A stretch of 64,000 nt of DNA from Mobula birostris (Eukaryota), in NCBI RefSeq assembly GCF_030028105.1, contig NC_092381.1, positions 28,561,550-28,625,549 of the forward strand, written 5' to 3'. Each line of letters begins with the position of its first letter. Positions within the stretch are counted from its first letter, which is position 1. Shown here piece by piece: positions 62,977-64,000 of this stretch. The notes beneath the pieces are model-generated. The model was not told the origin of the DNA, ran no database searches, and saw nothing but the letters and a program-made list of their open reading frames with translations. The position numbers and the translations under genes are program-made.

Positions 62977-64000
62977 TAGTGGTCACCAACCTTTTTAAGC
63001 CCAAGATCCCCTACCTCGACCTCAGTGAAAGGCAAGATCTACCTACTAAATCGTTTAGAGAAAAAACAGCTCAGATTGTGCTTCCAATTTGAGGCCTTTT
63101 ATTTGGGCGAATTGTGTTTGAATTACACAAAATACTTTTGTCAAACTTTCAAAATAATTCGAACAAGAAAACACTAACTAGCATATCAAACAGGCCATAG
63201 CTGTCTTTCTTTAAGAATATTACAATACTTCACACCTTTAATTCTAAGTTTCATTATTTAATTTTATTTCAACACGAAAAATAAATGAATAAATATTGAC
63301 TGTTGCACTCAGTGTGATGACTGGGGCTGAATACTTTCTGCTAGTTCACTGAAATTTGGCTCATAACTACAGACAGCCAGTCTGAGACAGTCTGTGAGGT
63401 GTAGGGTTGCCAACTGTCACGTATTCCTCCCCGCTAAAGTAGAGCGTTCCAATGAAACCTTTCGTGCCGAAATGCTTTACGCCGAAGAAGCAATTTATGT
63501 GGAAAAAAATTTTGAGCGTTCCCAGACCCGCAAAACAACCTCCCAAATCATACCAAATAACACATAAAACCTAAAATAACACTAACATATAGTAAAAGCA
63601 GGAATGATATGATAAATACACAGTCTATATGAAGTAGAAATAATGAAAATTAAGCCAAAACCAATTCGTGGGGTAAAAAAAATCGGCACGTACGGGCATG
63701 CACACACAGGTGCCCGCGCAAAGCTTCATGGTCATGGTAGTCTTTCTTGGGGTAAACACAAATGTCCCGGGATTTGACTGCTACTTTTGTCCCTTATTTG
63801 GGAGTGAGAAAGTTGGCAGCCCTGGTGAGGTGTCTGTCAGTAAGTCAGCTCCTGTACTTAGATTTAATAATTTTCATCTGTGAAAATGCAATTTCACATG
63901 GATAAGTTGACCCAAAGTAGGCAGTGACTTTTAGTGCTATAAAACTAACGCACACACCGCGCATTGCTCGGCCCCATCAGTAGTAATTGCCACCAGTTTA
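62977..64000 (-). mobile_element. hAT-Charlie (GTF2IRD2-like transposase C-terminus) element, runs off the window end
   Basis: Terminus tagtggtcaccaacc. With the nested MITE removed, the minus strand reads AYFGSTYPCEIAFSQMKIIKSKYRS*LTDRHLTDCLRLAV. Confidence 0.8.
63402..63824. mobile_element. hAT (Blackjack-like) MITE
   Basis: TIRs tagggttgccaact / agttggcagccctg; perfect 8-bp TSD gtgaggtg (63394..63401, 63825..63832). Confidence 0.88.

Noticed and set aside
102-63883. Most short ORFs in the six-frame track as independent genes
   Set aside because: They are exon read-throughs into introns, antisense frames of TEs, microsatellite translations (e.g. 25409..25816) or N-gap artefacts (30674..31258).
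1-64000. Prokaryotic systems (CRISPR array, retron/DGR/group II intron RT, operons, defence islands)
   Set aside because: The spliced vertebrate gene structure is clear. All RT ORFs carry LINE or LTR-retrotransposon signatures, and there is no regularly spaced repeat-spacer array.

Overview
This is eukaryotic (vertebrate) genomic DNA, not a prokaryotic locus. The repeat repertoire (CR1 LINEs, V-SINE/HE1-type SINEs, Rex1/Babar, Penelope-derived palindromes) points to a cartilaginous fish, probably a ray; that assignment is inference. The whole window lies inside one + strand gene, AGL (glycogen debranching enzyme). I could place 19 consecutive internal coding exons (269..59006, 2663 nt spliced, all GT-AG, phases compatible, no stops). 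They cover the three glucanotransferase catalytic motifs (RLDNCHS, AELFTG, THDNE) and the glucosidase WMD motif. The start and end of the gene lie outside the window. Introns are filled with often nested mobile elements: many CR1 and Rex1 fragments, a young 5'-truncated HERO-type (RLE) retroelement, a Chapaev3 remnant, several hAT elements and MITEs with intact 8-bp TSDs, and a two-LTR Gmr1-type Gypsy element (integrase upstream of RT) inserted in a hAT-Charlie element. The most notable observations are: (1) a decayed duplicate of one AGL exon at 28577..28701; (2) non-conservative changes in normally conserved AGL motifs (WMDK>WMDN, GYDE>GFDH), suggesting a divergent copy or paralog; (3) repeated palindromic elements carrying decayed minimal hammerhead-ribozyme motifs; (4) an unexplained Cys-rich micro-ORF. 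I found no convincing wholly new biological system. TE boundaries without a stated TSD or TIR are approximate, and family names come from motif recognition, not database searches.
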